DNA of 64,000 nucleotides, taken from NCBI GenBank assembly GCA_965222115.1, contig CBDCTJ010000007.1:1696001-1760000 (forward strand). Reading direction: 5' to 3'. The position numbers were made by a program, and so were the translations under genes. Positions 48,256 through 58,784 of this stretch are shown here, piece by piece; positions within the stretch are counted from its first letter, which is position 1, and each line of letters begins with the position of its first letter. This DNA is from Planctomycetota bacterium. GTDB lineage: Bacteria > Planctomycetota > PLA2 > JAEUHO01. The notes under the pieces were generated by a model. That model saw only the letters and a program-made list of their open reading frames with translations, had not been told where the DNA came from and did not search any database.

Positions 48256-49413
48256 ATGCATACACGCCGCGAGAACTGGGCTGGACTCTCGTTGGTGATG
48301 GGGGCGTTGCTTGCGCTCGTGGTCATGCCGCTCATGAGCCAACGCCACCTCGCCGAGGCGCGCGAATCGGGCATGCGCGATGCACGAACTGCCATGGCCG
48401 AGCCATCGGCCCACCGAAAGGCGCGCCATCGTGCGATCGATCGCGCATGCAAGTTTCTTGCGAGCCGACAGGCGCAGGACGGTAGTTGGGGTCCCAATCG
48501 CGCCAAGATTGCAATCACATCCCTGGTACTGCTCGCGCTCATGGCAGATGGCTCTACCGATGGACGAGGACCGTACGGCGCCGAAGTCCGACGGGGCGTC
48601 ACCTTTTTGGTCAAGCTGATTGAAGAGAAGCAGCCCGATGACCCCAACCCGCGCGGGTACTTCGCCCACCCCGACGACTACACCAGCCGTATGCATGGCC
48701 AGGGGTTTGCCACGTTTGCATTGGCGACCGCACTTGGCACGTCAACCGGCAAACGCGCGGCGCGCATCCGCGGCGCCGTGATCCACGCGGTGCGTTGCAT
48801 TGAAAACAGCCAAAATGCCACCGGTGGATTTGGTTACGAGCCCAAGCGCAACTCCGATCACGAGGGCAGTGTAACGGTTGCGGTGGCGCAGGGTCTGCGC
48901 GCGGCGCGCGACGTGGGCATCATTGTTGATGAGAACGTGGTACGCAAGGGCCTCAAGTACCTAAAGTCGAGTCAGAAGAAGGACGGATCGTTTCGCTACA
49001 GTTTGTTGCGCGAAGAGTCCACCTACGCGTTGACAGGTGCGGCCCTGAGTTCGTTCTTTCTCTATGGTGCTTACGCCAAGACCTACCGCGGTACGATTAA
49101 GCGGGCCTTGGGCTACATCACCAAAAAGCTCGGAAGCCAAGGAGCAAGCCAAGACTGGTATTACTACGGCCACTTCTATACCGGATGGGCACTGTGGCAG
49201 TGGGACGGCAACAACTGGCGGCGCGGTCGGGGTCATCTCTGGGCCAACTGGCAACACCAAGTGCTCACCGACATCATGAGTCAGCAGCGCGATAGCGACG
49301 GCAGTTTTGATAAGCGCGATCGCCGTCACGACTTCGGACCGGAGCTCAGTACCGCCTTTGCTGCGCTTACGTTGGCCATTCCCGATGAAGGGTTGCCCAT
49401 CTTTCAACGGTAG
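48256..49413 (+). CDS. Prenyltransferase/squalene-oxidase (QW-like) repeat protein
   Basis: Repeats FLASRQAQDGSW, SQNATGGFGY, YLKSSQKKDGSF, SQQRDSDGSF; N-terminal TM; ends LPIFQR. Confidence 0.85.
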   Translation: MHTRRENWAGLSLVMGALLALVVMPLMSQRHLAEARESGMRDARTAMAEPSAHRKARHRAIDRACKFLASRQAQDGSWGPNRAKIAITSLVLLALMADGSTDGRGPYGAEVRRGVTFLVKLIEEKQPDDPNPRGYFAHPDDYTSRMHGQGFATFALATALGTSTGKRAARIRGAVIHAVRCIENSQNATGGFGYEPKRNSDHEGSVTVAVAQGLRAARDVGIIVDENVVRKGLKYLKSSQKKDGSFRYSLLREESTYALTGAALSSFFLYGAYAKTYRGTIKRALGYITKKLGSQGASQDWYYYGHFYTGWALWQWDGNNWRRGRGHLWANWQHQVLTDIMSQQRDSDGSFDKRDRRHDFGPELSTAFAALTLAIPDEGLPIFQR

Positions 49414-49418
49414 TCGTG

Positions 49419-52400
49419 TCAACGTTGCCGCGGACGCGACAGGCGAACCTCATCCTCCCGCACGTCTCGGATCAATGTGCCTGCCTCAATCAGTGATTCT
49501 GTGGCCCGCTTGACCGCCTCACCGATCTTGGAACCACGTCGCGCAAACCCAAAGACACGCCCGGTCTCTCGCAACAGGTCTTCAACGGTGAGACTCAGAT
49601 GGGCGTCAACAATGCACAACATGGCGGCTTCGACCTCTTCGGGCGCAATGTGTTCGATATCTCGCTGTACGCCGTCGCCCGGGCGACGGGGCTGAATGCT
49701 CGTCGTGCCCGGCTTCCACAGATACGAACCGCGTCGTTCCACCTCGCCCCGCGCTTCCGCGTCACGAATGGCTTCTTGCACACGGGTTTGCGTCTTGCTC
49801 GTCACACGTGACATGCCCCACGCAATCGAAAGGCGCCGCGCGGCCACGTCCTGATGAACAGGTGCTTCCTTGGCAACGACCTTGATCACGCAATTGCGGA
49901 TGCGATGAAGCGGGACCACGTGGAATTCTTCGGCAGCTCCCTGAGGTCGTAGGTGTATGGCGTTGTAGTCCACAATGCCGGGCAGATCATCGGTTTGAAG
50001 TTCGTCGGCAAGCCATGCCTCGTCGTTCGTATCATTCGTTGAGGTACCTTCGCTGTTGATGGCGACTGGGCCATTGGGTTCCGTCGCTTGCGGCGCGGGC
50101 TCACGCAATGCACGCTGAATGGCTTGCACGCACGCATCGGGCGTCCGTACCCAGTCCGGTGACCACACATGCAAGACCCGCCATCCCAGTCGTCGAAGTA
50201 GCGCGGCGCGCGAACGCTCGCGATCGCGCGATGTAGCCGCATCGCGATACCCCGGTCCGTCACACAATAGGCCCAAAGCGAACCGGTCTCTTTGCTTTTC
50301 CGGAATCGCCACATCCACTTGAAACGCGGAGGCGCCCACGCTGTGTACCGCGTCGTGTCCTTCCCGCGCGAGTGCTTCCACGATCGCGCGCATCATTTCA
50401 GGCGCGCCATCGTCTTTGGTGTCGCGTTTTGCGGGATGGGGCCACCCCGTTCCTTGCATACCGCGGCGTGCCGTTTCCAAGTACGCGCGAAGCAAGTGGG
50501 CCCCGCGGCTTTCGGTTCGATCCAGGGCGATGTCCTCTGGCTGAATCGACGCGTAGACAATGACTTGTTTTCGGGAACGCGTAACGGCCACGTTGAGTCG
50601 CCGGTCGCCGCCGTTTGCGCTCAGCGGACCGAACAGCAAGCGGAACGTGCCTTCCGGGTTGCGCGCGTATCCCACGCTAAAGAGAATGACGTCGCGCTCG
50701 TCTCCCTGTACCGACTCAAGGTTCTTCACGAACACGGGCTCATTGGATTCCAAATCGAAGCGATGATCGAAGGACGGGTCGTCGGCGCGCAGTTCGTCGA
50801 TTGCATCCCACACCGCGTCGCGTTGTGAGGCGCTAAAGGTCACCACACCTACGCTGTCACGCGGTCGCGTCGTCAGGATGTCGAATACATGCTTGGCCAC
50901 CGCCCTCGCTTCTATTGGGTTGGTTCGTGATCCGCCGCGCCCGCCGTAAAACACGCCGTCGGGCACATGGACGAATGAAATTCCAAGTGCGGCGGGGTCG
51001 CGATCGGCATTCGGAAACGTAACGAGGCCGTTCTCATAGAAGTGTCGATTGCTAAACGAAATCAAACTCTCGTCGAGACTTCGATAGTGCCACCTTAGCG
51101 ACACATGCGGTAGAGGGCCGGCCTGACATTCATCCAATACGCTGGGCAAGTCGGTGAGTTCACCTGCCAGCAGCGCCTCACTCTCGTCTTCCTCGAAGCG
51201 CCGCGTGAAGAATCGTGTGGGCGGTAACTGTTTGGAGTCCCCCGCAACAACGACTTGCTTGGCGCGGGCGATGGCGCCAATCGCATCCTCGGTACAGATC
51301 TGTGAGGCCTCGTCAAAGATCACAATATCAAGTTCGTTGTCACCCGGTGGCAAATAGGTCGCCACGCTGAGCGGGCTCATCATGAGGCACGGCTTCAGCG
51401 CCCGCAGCAGTCGGGGAATACGATCAAAGAGCACGCGCGTGGGCAAGTGTCGTCGCTCTTTGCGCATCTCCCGCTTGAGAATACTGACTTCACTGTCGCC
51501 CGTGGCGGCGGTCGTGGGTGGAGGAATGTCCGCGCGAAGTGTGCGCGCTACGCGTGTGCATGCCTGTGTCAACTGTTGCTGATCCAATTCACAGAAGCGT
51601 TCGATTCGCTTCTCGCGTGTGGTGGCATCGAAACTGCCAAGCTCGTCTACGGTACTCAACAATCGATCGGCAAAGGCGCGCCAGAACGTTCGAAACCACG
51701 TGTCAACCAAGCGGTGGCTCGCGGCTCCCGTTTCTTCAAATGCATCCAAGTACTCGCCCAACCCCTTCGTCGAGGCATCTCCTGCGGCCCGATGCCATGC
51801 CACCCACGTGGGCAACGATGCCGTGGAGGTAGATGCCTCGTCGGCAAATGTGCGAACTTCAATGATCGGGATATCGTTTAGCGCGTGGCCAAATCGCGCC
51901 TCGACGTCCAGGTCGAGCGTTGCACACACATCATTCATGGCATGAACAAACGTGTCTGCATCCCGTGTCCATGACGCCGATGCATCGAGGAAGATCTGCT
52001 TATCTTCTGCGTTGGCCGCGTTTGCTAACTGCGTGCGCGATATCGTCTGTGACGTGAGTGCCAGGGCTTGAGAAATCCACGTGGTGTGTTTGGCCACATG
52101 CGAGAGATCGCTGCGCGCCCCAGTGTACTCGTTGCCAAAGGCCGACAGCAGCGAGGCATCGCCTGCGTCCAACTCATGGTTGTACTGCTTCACTGCAACA
52201 AGTCGCGCTACGTCGCGTGGGAGATCAACGTCGCGCTTGGTCCGGCCCGATGCGAGCTGCGCGGCGAGCATCTTTTTTGCGCGGCGTCGTCGAAACCAGC
52301 CAACGATGAATCCGCCCGAACGAGACAGCTTTGCGAGACGTTCTGCATCGAGCGCGAGGACGCCATCGTCATAGGTCTTCTGTAGCGCGGCGATCTCCTC

Positions 52401-54170
52401 CGCGCGAGCTTTGCTTGCGGCAAGTAGTGATTGGATGCGGGGCGACGCGCCGGCCCAACTGGCGTCTTCAATCCACGCCGCAGGCGGCCGGGTGGAGTGC
52501 CCAAGATGAAGCGCAAGGTTCGACAGCGCGCCGCCTTCGGCGATGCTGCCGGGGGCATCGCACGGAAGCGACGAGGCAAGTTGATCGCGTGCCCGCTCAA
52601 GATCGTCTAGCGCGGAGAGCAGTACGTTAATCTTGCGTCGAACGTCGTCCGCCGTGCCTACGCCGAGTTGCGTGAGTCCCACGTGGCGCCACGGATGCTG
52701 CTGGATGGGATCGACGGCACGGTGCAGCGGTACGAGTTCTTCCAACGTGCGTTGGGTCTCTTTGAGCGCACCGCGCGTCGTAGCGAGCGGATCACCCACG
52801 TCAAACGAGCACGGCGGTAAGTGTTGGAGGCGTGCGGCGCGACCAAAGACTTCAAATGCGCTGTACGACGATTCACCGCGGGGCGCATGCAGGGCCTCGA
52901 CGTACGCACGAAGCGTGTCTTGCAATGTTCGCAGTTCATCGAGTCCCGTTGTCTTGTCCGGCGCATCGGGCGCCCACTGCTTCCAGGCCGACGCGAGGCT
53001 TTGCACAATCTCGCGCTTGTTGGCTTTGCGACTATGAACTTCCAAACAAAACGGTCCGAGCCCCGCTTGATCGAGTCGTCGCTTGACGACATTGAGCGCA
53101 GCAATTTTTTCGCTCACGAAGAGCACGCGTTTCCCGCGCGCAAGGCATTCAGCGATAATGTTTGCAATGGTCTGCGACTTGCCGGTGCCGGGCGGTCCTT
53201 GCAGGACAAAGCTCTGGCCACCTCGCGCGGCCAGGATCGCCGCCTGTTGACTGCTGTCGGCCAATAGAATCTGATACGAATCGGCCGGGTCCATCGCGGC
53301 TTCGACGGTGCTTGGCGTTGGCAGGTCCGACGTGCCTTCGCCCATGAGCGAGACCCCTTGGGCGAGACTTTGCACAACCGCATGGGAAGCAACGGCGGCC
53401 TCGTTCTGCAACAGGTCTTGATAGAGCGGGATCTTTGCAAACGAGAACAGGGCGAGCGCCATGTCGTTGGCCACCGACCAACCATCGCGTCCTTTCGCCA
53501 GCGTTTCAAATACCTCGCGCACAACCTGCATGGGATCTTCGCTCTCGGCCCAGCCTTCGGGAAGCGATATGTCGATGCCGAGTTCTTTGCGCAGCTTTAC
53601 GATGAGTGCAGGATTTACGCGTAACTCATCATCAAAAAGTTTGAGTTGGAACGCACCGCGAGCCCCACGCCGTGTTAGCTCGACTGGAATCAGAAGCAGC
53701 GGGGCGCGTAGGGGGCGGGGATCTTCGACAGTCGTAAAGGTGAACATACCAAGTGCGATATGCAGGGTGTTGAACCCCTGTTCCTCCAACATGGCACGGC
53801 TCGACCGAAAGAGGTTGAGCAAGATGCGGTTCATGCGCTCGGATTCAAGATCGCACTGCAACGTGCTGTCGGGCCGAGGCGGCGACGTGTCGTTCGCATC
53901 GCCGGGGGCTTCTGACGTCTCCTTGGTGCTAGGCGACGGGGGCTTGGCGGGCTTACCCGCAAAGGTGTAGCGGCGCCCGTAGATCAGGCGACGGGCGACC
54001 TCGTGGGGGTCCTCTCCCACGAAGTTCAATGTGCTGGCCTTCGTGGCACGGAATGCGAGCAGGCGATTGGCGCGCGAGAGATCGATGAGTTTGTCTCGCC
54101 ACTCAGCAATGCGCTTAGCGACCAGCGGCGGCACAGCCCCAGTCGATGGCGTCGAAGCGTCCTCGGTCAT
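49419..54170 (-). CDS. DUF4011 - SF1 (DNA2/Upf1-like) helicase - restriction-endonuclease-like - DUF3320 protein (Hhe-like)
   Basis: WRDKLIDLSRANRLL (DUF4011), QGPPGTGKSQTIAN, DEASQ, GDSKQLPP, HYRS, KNLESVQGDERD, RRLNVAVTR, CDG...RDRER...LGWRVLHVWSPDW, KEAPVH (DUF3320-like). Confidence 0.9.
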   Translation of the reverse strand: MTEDASTPSTGAVPPLVAKRIAEWRDKLIDLSRANRLLAFRATKASTLNFVGEDPHEVARRLIYGRRYTFAGKPAKPPSPSTKETSEAPGDANDTSPPRPDSTLQCDLESERMNRILLNLFRSSRAMLEEQGFNTLHIALGMFTFTTVEDPRPLRAPLLLIPVELTRRGARGAFQLKLFDDELRVNPALIVKLRKELGIDISLPEGWAESEDPMQVVREVFETLAKGRDGWSVANDMALALFSFAKIPLYQDLLQNEAAVASHAVVQSLAQGVSLMGEGTSDLPTPSTVEAAMDPADSYQILLADSSQQAAILAARGGQSFVLQGPPGTGKSQTIANIIAECLARGKRVLFVSEKIAALNVVKRRLDQAGLGPFCLEVHSRKANKREIVQSLASAWKQWAPDAPDKTTGLDELRTLQDTLRAYVEALHAPRGESSYSAFEVFGRAARLQHLPPCSFDVGDPLATTRGALKETQRTLEELVPLHRAVDPIQQHPWRHVGLTQLGVGTADDVRRKINVLLSALDDLERARDQLASSLPCDAPGSIAEGGALSNLALHLGHSTRPPAAWIEDASWAGASPRIQSLLAASKARAEEIAALQKTYDDGVLALDAERLAKLSRSGGFIVGWFRRRRAKKMLAAQLASGRTKRDVDLPRDVARLVAVKQYNHELDAGDASLLSAFGNEYTGARSDLSHVAKHTTWISQALALTSQTISRTQLANAANAEDKQIFLDASASWTRDADTFVHAMNDVCATLDLDVEARFGHALNDIPIIEVRTFADEASTSTASLPTWVAWHRAAGDASTKGLGEYLDAFEETGAASHRLVDTWFRTFWRAFADRLLSTVDELGSFDATTREKRIERFCELDQQQLTQACTRVARTLRADIPPPTTAATGDSEVSILKREMRKERRHLPTRVLFDRIPRLLRALKPCLMMSPLSVATYLPPGDNELDIVIFDEASQICTEDAIGAIARAKQVVVAGDSKQLPPTRFFTRRFEEDESEALLAGELTDLPSVLDECQAGPLPHVSLRWHYRSLDESLISFSNRHFYENGLVTFPNADRDPAALGISFVHVPDGVFYGGRGGSRTNPIEARAVAKHVFDILTTRPRDSVGVVTFSASQRDAVWDAIDELRADDPSFDHRFDLESNEPVFVKNLESVQGDERDVILFSVGYARNPEGTFRLLFGPLSANGGDRRLNVAVTRSRKQVIVYASIQPEDIALDRTESRGAHLLRAYLETARRGMQGTGWPHPAKRDTKDDGAPEMMRAIVEALAREGHDAVHSVGASAFQVDVAIPEKQRDRFALGLLCDGPGYRDAATSRDRERSRAALLRRLGWRVLHVWSPDWVRTPDACVQAIQRALREPAPQATEPNGPVAINSEGTSTNDTNDEAWLADELQTDDLPGIVDYNAIHLRPQGAAEEFHVVPLHRIRNCVIKVVAKEAPVHQDVAARRLSIAWGMSRVTSKTQTRVQEAIRDAEARGEVERRGSYLWKPGTTSIQPRRPGDGVQRDIEHIAPEEVEAAMLCIVDAHLSLTVEDLLRETGRVFGFARRGSKIGEAVKRATESLIEAGTLIRDVREDEVRLSRPRQR

Positions 54171-54312
54171 CGTTCACTCCTGGTCGCGACGGCAGGCACC
54201 CTACCCCAAATCGGGCTACGCGATGCCGAGGCGCCGTTCCTGCTGGAAACCATAGCCGTCTCGTTGCGAACATGGCCGTTTGGCGATCGACATTTATGCG
54301 TACGATGGCCTT

Positions 54313-56145
54313 ATGGAATCTCAATGGACCCGCATTCTGGCGTTCGCTGCGCTCCTCGTTTTGCTACAGACCGGCGTGGTTTATGGCGAGGAACACAAGT
54401 CGAGCGCCGATCTACCGCCGCCCCCCGCCCTCAAACCGACCGAGCCCGTCATTCCCGGTCGTAAGGGACCGTCCGCCAACGCGATCCCAAGTGAGTCGGG
54501 TCGCAAGGTGGCAGCGCCCGCCGCCGTGGACAAGCGCAACGTCGATTCCGGCAAGGGCCTTCCACCTGCACGCGTCGTTTCCACGGATGAGATACCGACC
54601 TTTCCCGCGCCGGCAGGTAGCTCGGGTGACATTCCAGAAATCGCAACCGGGGACGACGCACCCAACGCAGAGAGCACACCGCCCGGCGCCGACATTCCTG
54701 GCGGATTTCCAGCGAAACCCGCGCCGCGCGTACGGGCGTTTGCGCCGCCACGATCCGCTAAAGAAGACATTCGTCGCGAAGATGTATTGGTGTTTCACAG
54801 TGGGCGTTCGTGGAAGGGATACGTCGCCGAGGAGCGCGGCAATGTCGTGATTTTCGATCGCTATACCGCAAGCGGAGGCAGCGCGCGGCTAACTGTCCCG
54901 CGATCCAAGATTCGTACCATTCGCCGTGGCAAGCGCTTGCTGGATGCACCGGAAGGATCGGAACTCCTGCGTGATGCGTGGTTCCTGCTTCGCACCGATC
55001 GCGGCACGATTGGCACACGCCACTTGATGGTCATTCGCGTCAAGACCCCACGCGTAGATGGCTACCGACTTGCGGAAACGACGTACGAGCTTCCGCAGGG
55101 TCGCCACCTGCCCGCAACCGAAACAAGCACGGTTGAGGTCGTGGATCGACAGTTTCTTCCCAAGTTGATCAACTACCGCGAGCGCACCGTGTTTCGTCCC
55201 GGCCAACACGACAAAGAACGCGAATTTGATCGCCGCGTATCCGGCGTCATTGAAAACGGCGTGTGGAAGAAATTTTCGGGTGTGGGGAGCGACATGGATC
55301 GCGTGGAGGTCAAGGTGCCCGCGGGTACGCGCGCCCGACTTGGCCACCGAGAGTTCTTATTGCAGAAGACGCCGCGCACATTGGGGTTGGCGGATGCGGT
55401 CGTTTTGGATCCAAGCGTAGAGGGGCTCAGTGAAGTACGCGCGGGATTCGTTGCCATCGCCCCGCGCTATCGTCCCGGCCGACGCGTGAAGTCGTATCGG
55501 GGTGATGAGTTTCATTGGGAGCAAGAGGGCGCGCGCTTGATCTCGTGGTTCCACGAAGACAGCCGACCGCTACGAGAGGAAGTTGCGGAAGGTGTAGTGG
55601 CCATACCAGCAACGGAGGCTCAGTGTCGTGTGGCGATGGGTGAGCAAGAGGCCGTCAAAGGCCAAGTCAAGGGCGTATTGACACTGCCGGAGTGCGGACT
55701 GGGATTCGCGCTTCCGGGTCCCCTTTGGACCTGGAAACCCACGCTCGCACCCGCGAGTCACACCGGATGGCGCGTATTGGGCACCATGAAAAACACCATT
55801 CATGTCGCTGACATCCGCGTTGAGTGGCATCCCGAGGCCGCCACGACGCTGCGTCTAGGTCAGCATGCCGAGGCGTGGTTGCTGCGGCGATTGCGGGGAC
55901 TTGCGCCCAATTTACGTGTCGTCGGACCGCGCACGTCTCTGCCCGCCCTCGTTGCGGCGGGCGCATCTGATGCGTGGCGTTTCGAAGTGGAGGGCACCTT
56001 GCGCGGCGAAACGGTCCACACCATCGCGGTCGTTGTGGACCGCGGTCCCGATCGCGTCGTGATGCTCTGTGCGTGCCCCTCATCGGCACTCAAGCAAGCG
56101 CGGCCCGCCCTGGAGCGGTTTGTTGTGAGTCTGCGTGTACTCTAG
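54313..56145 (+). CDS. Secreted hypothetical protein with a Pro-rich N-terminal region
   Basis: Signal peptide MESQWTRILAFAALLVLLQTGVVYG, Pro/Ala-rich linker, long open frame with typical codon usage. Confidence 0.7.
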   Translation: MESQWTRILAFAALLVLLQTGVVYGEEHKSSADLPPPPALKPTEPVIPGRKGPSANAIPSESGRKVAAPAAVDKRNVDSGKGLPPARVVSTDEIPTFPAPAGSSGDIPEIATGDDAPNAESTPPGADIPGGFPAKPAPRVRAFAPPRSAKEDIRREDVLVFHSGRSWKGYVAEERGNVVIFDRYTASGGSARLTVPRSKIRTIRRGKRLLDAPEGSELLRDAWFLLRTDRGTIGTRHLMVIRVKTPRVDGYRLAETTYELPQGRHLPATETSTVEVVDRQFLPKLINYRERTVFRPGQHDKEREFDRRVSGVIENGVWKKFSGVGSDMDRVEVKVPAGTRARLGHREFLLQKTPRTLGLADAVVLDPSVEGLSEVRAGFVAIAPRYRPGRRVKSYRGDEFHWEQEGARLISWFHEDSRPLREEVAEGVVAIPATEAQCRVAMGEQEAVKGQVKGVLTLPECGLGFALPGPLWTWKPTLAPASHTGWRVLGTMKNTIHVADIRVEWHPEAATTLRLGQHAEAWLLRRLRGLAPNLRVVGPRTSLPALVAAGASDAWRFEVEGTLRGETVHTIAVVVDRGPDRVVMLCACPSSALKQARPALERFVVSLRVL

Positions 56146-56289
56146 CTCATGCAAGTCGCCCGTTTCGTAGGTGGGATGACCTACTTCCGACGCTGCTAGT
56201 GTGGCGTCGATCGATAGCGACCTTGACGATCGAAGGCAATGCCGTTCGAAGGCAATGACGTCGGACGACGAGATTTAGGAACTCAATCC

Positions 56290-57588
56290 GTGGCAAACGC
56301 GCGTGAGGTAGAAATTGCAAAGCGCCTCCTCACGTCGCGCGTTCTCACCGACGATGTACTTCGTCAGAGTTTTTCGCTTCAGCAGCAGCTTCGCGAGCAG
56401 GGTCGCAACGTAAGTCTTGCACGCGTGTTGTATCACCTGAAGGCACTCCCCGTTGGCAGCCTCGCCGTTCTCGACGCGCCCTCGCCCATCGAGAGTCAAC
56501 CGATTGCCGATTACCGGTTGACGCATGAATTGGGTCAGGGCGGGAGCAGCGTTGTGTATGCGGGCACCTATCAACCCAACGGTTCGCCCATCGCCGCCAA
56601 GTTTCTTGACCCCATCCATGCCCTGCGGCCCGACTTCCTCAGCCGCTTTCGGCAAGAAGCTGAGACGCTCATCGAACTCGAACACGAGAACATCGTGCTC
56701 GGGTATCACGTGGGCAGTGCCACCGACGAAACTACGGGCGGGATCTGGCACTTTTTTACGATGGATCACGTGGAGGGGCTCACCGTTCTCGAGGTCATCG
56801 ATCGTCGCGGCTACTTGAGTAACGAAGAAGCGCTTTCCATTACGCTTCAAACGGCTCGTGCATTGTCGTATCTGCACGAATCCGGCTTCCTGCATCGCGA
56901 CATTAAGCCCGGTAACATCATGATCGAGGAAAACGGGCGTGCTCGCATGATCGATCTTGGCCTGAGCCGCCGACTTGCTTCAGAGGATGCAGAGGAAGGC
57001 ACCGAGGCAGCCGGCGAAGAAATGACCGTGGGAACGATGGAATATGTGTCGCCTGAGCAAGCACGGGGCCGCTCCGACTTGGACCCCCGCAGCGACATCT
57101 ACAGTCTCGGCGTATCGCTCTATCACATGGTCGTTGGCGACATTCCGTTTCATGGTGAGACCGACTACGAGGTGATGGCCAAACAGGTGTTGTCTGCTAT
57201 GGATACACAGAAGGTCAAACTGCGCCGCATTTCCCCGGAAGTGCAGTATTTCATTACGCGCATGATGCTGAAGGATCGCGAGGACCGCTATGGCACGGTG
57301 GCCGACGTCATGCAGGACATTGAGGGCTATTTGCCCGACGAATACGTGCCCGTAGATTTTGGCGACGAACCTCCGCCAACGGTCGAGCCTGTGCAGCCGG
57401 TAGCGCCCATCCGGGACGTTCCTTCCGTGAAGCCCATCAAGTCGGTGAAGCCCATCGAACCGATCGATTCCGCGAAGTCGGAGTCGCCGCGCTCAAGCAA
57501 GGCACCCACGCGACGATCCGGAAGCAGTCCCACGCGCAAGCGTGGTCAGGGGAAGGGGCGCCGCGGGACGCCTCGGCGGCGTCGATGA
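56290..57588 (+). CDS. Ser/Thr protein kinase (cytoplasmic) with a basic C-terminal tail
   Basis: GQGGSS, IAAK, HRDIKPGN, DLG, YVSPE, SDIYSLG. GTG 56290 follows AGGA (alternative start 56239). Confidence 0.9.
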   Translation: MANAREVEIAKRLLTSRVLTDDVLRQSFSLQQQLREQGRNVSLARVLYHLKALPVGSLAVLDAPSPIESQPIADYRLTHELGQGGSSVVYAGTYQPNGSPIAAKFLDPIHALRPDFLSRFRQEAETLIELEHENIVLGYHVGSATDETTGGIWHFFTMDHVEGLTVLEVIDRRGYLSNEEALSITLQTARALSYLHESGFLHRDIKPGNIMIEENGRARMIDLGLSRRLASEDAEEGTEAAGEEMTVGTMEYVSPEQARGRSDLDPRSDIYSLGVSLYHMVVGDIPFHGETDYEVMAKQVLSAMDTQKVKLRRISPEVQYFITRMMLKDREDRYGTVADVMQDIEGYLPDEYVPVDFGDEPPPTVEPVQPVAPIRDVPSVKPIKSVKPIEPIDSAKSESPRSSKAPTRRSGSSPTRKRGQGKGRRGTPRRRR

Positions 57589-58646
57589 CGGTGCCCACCG
57601 ACGCGTCACAACCACATGATGCGTCATCGCAAGACAATCCTTCGGTGGCCGAACCGCCTTGGTACGCCGATGGTGTTCAGTTTCGATGCACGGCGTGTGG
57701 CGTGTGTTGCACCGGAGAGCCCGGTTACGTATGGGCGACCCGCGAAGAGATTGCGCGCATGGCCAAGGTCAAAGGGCTGTCCACGCCGGCATTCATGCGT
57801 CGCTTCGTACGGCGCGCGAAAGGCAAGTTGTCGCTCACCGAACGCGAAAACGGCGACTGCATCATGCTCGAAGAGGGGCGCTGCACGGTCTACAGCGCGA
57901 AACCCGCTCGCTGTACATCGTTTCCGTTTTGGCCCGATATTATGGATGCAGCGAGTTCGTGGAATGAAACTGCGACCACATGCGAGGGCGTGGGGCAGGG
58001 CGATCTCTATACACGCGACGAAATCGACGCGCTACTCGTCGGCAACACGTCCATCATGCTTGACAAACACAAGCGACCCCCGGAGTCGCCTGTAACGAGT
58101 CGTTATCCCCACACGGGCTTTCCTCCGCCCGATGAGCCCGATGCATCCACCGACGCTGCAAACGAACCTACGCTTCCGTGCCCTCGTATCGAAGCTCACA
58201 AGGACGTGGACTGGAAGGCCGCACTATCGGCGTTGATCGAACTCTATGAACAGTTGGACGCCGAGTTGCCGCATTGGGAGTTTACCTGTTCCGCGAGCGG
58301 ACGTTGTTGCGACTTCGAGGCCTATGGGCATCGACTGTACGCAACCACGCTCGAAGTGGTCTATTTTTATCGCGACGAACTGTTTGAGTCGTCGCAGGCG
58401 CCCGTCGTTCACACGGACGACTCGCTCTGTCCAGCATGGCGATCGGATCGACTCTGTCATGCGCGCGCGGGCCGCATGCTCGGATGCCGTACCTATTTTT
58501 GTGGTCCTTACCCGCGCGGTGTTCCCGAGGACTTGCACGGCGGGTATCACGACCGCATTCGTGAGCTTCACAGTCGATTTAAAATCCCCTACGCCTACGC
58601 AGACATCCGCGCGTGGGCTGCGCGTATGGCGCATTCTGTGGGTTAG
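57585..58646 (+). CDS. YkgJ-family (CxxCxxCC) Cys-cluster protein with two such domains
   Basis: CTACGVCC...CIML...CTVY..KPARCTSFPFW, and CSASGRCC...CPAW...CHAR...GCRTYFC; ATGA overlap with the kinase. Confidence 0.82.
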   Translation: MTVPTDASQPHDASSQDNPSVAEPPWYADGVQFRCTACGVCCTGEPGYVWATREEIARMAKVKGLSTPAFMRRFVRRAKGKLSLTERENGDCIMLEEGRCTVYSAKPARCTSFPFWPDIMDAASSWNETATTCEGVGQGDLYTRDEIDALLVGNTSIMLDKHKRPPESPVTSRYPHTGFPPPDEPDASTDAANEPTLPCPRIEAHKDVDWKAALSALIELYEQLDAELPHWEFTCSASGRCCDFEAYGHRLYATTLEVVYFYRDELFESSQAPVVHTDDSLCPAWRSDRLCHARAGRMLGCRTYFCGPYPRGVPEDLHGGYHDRIRELHSRFKIPYAYADIRAWAARMAHSVG

Positions 58647-58784
58647 GTGATGGACGTCGTCTCTGCCTAGGAACTCTCCTTCCCCGCCCGTGTCTAATGG
58701 CGGGTACTCAGCAGCGGCCCCAGGAACTTCGCGTCTCACGTTGACGCCCATTCTGAGGGTGCGCCGCCTCTAGTGGAGAATCCC

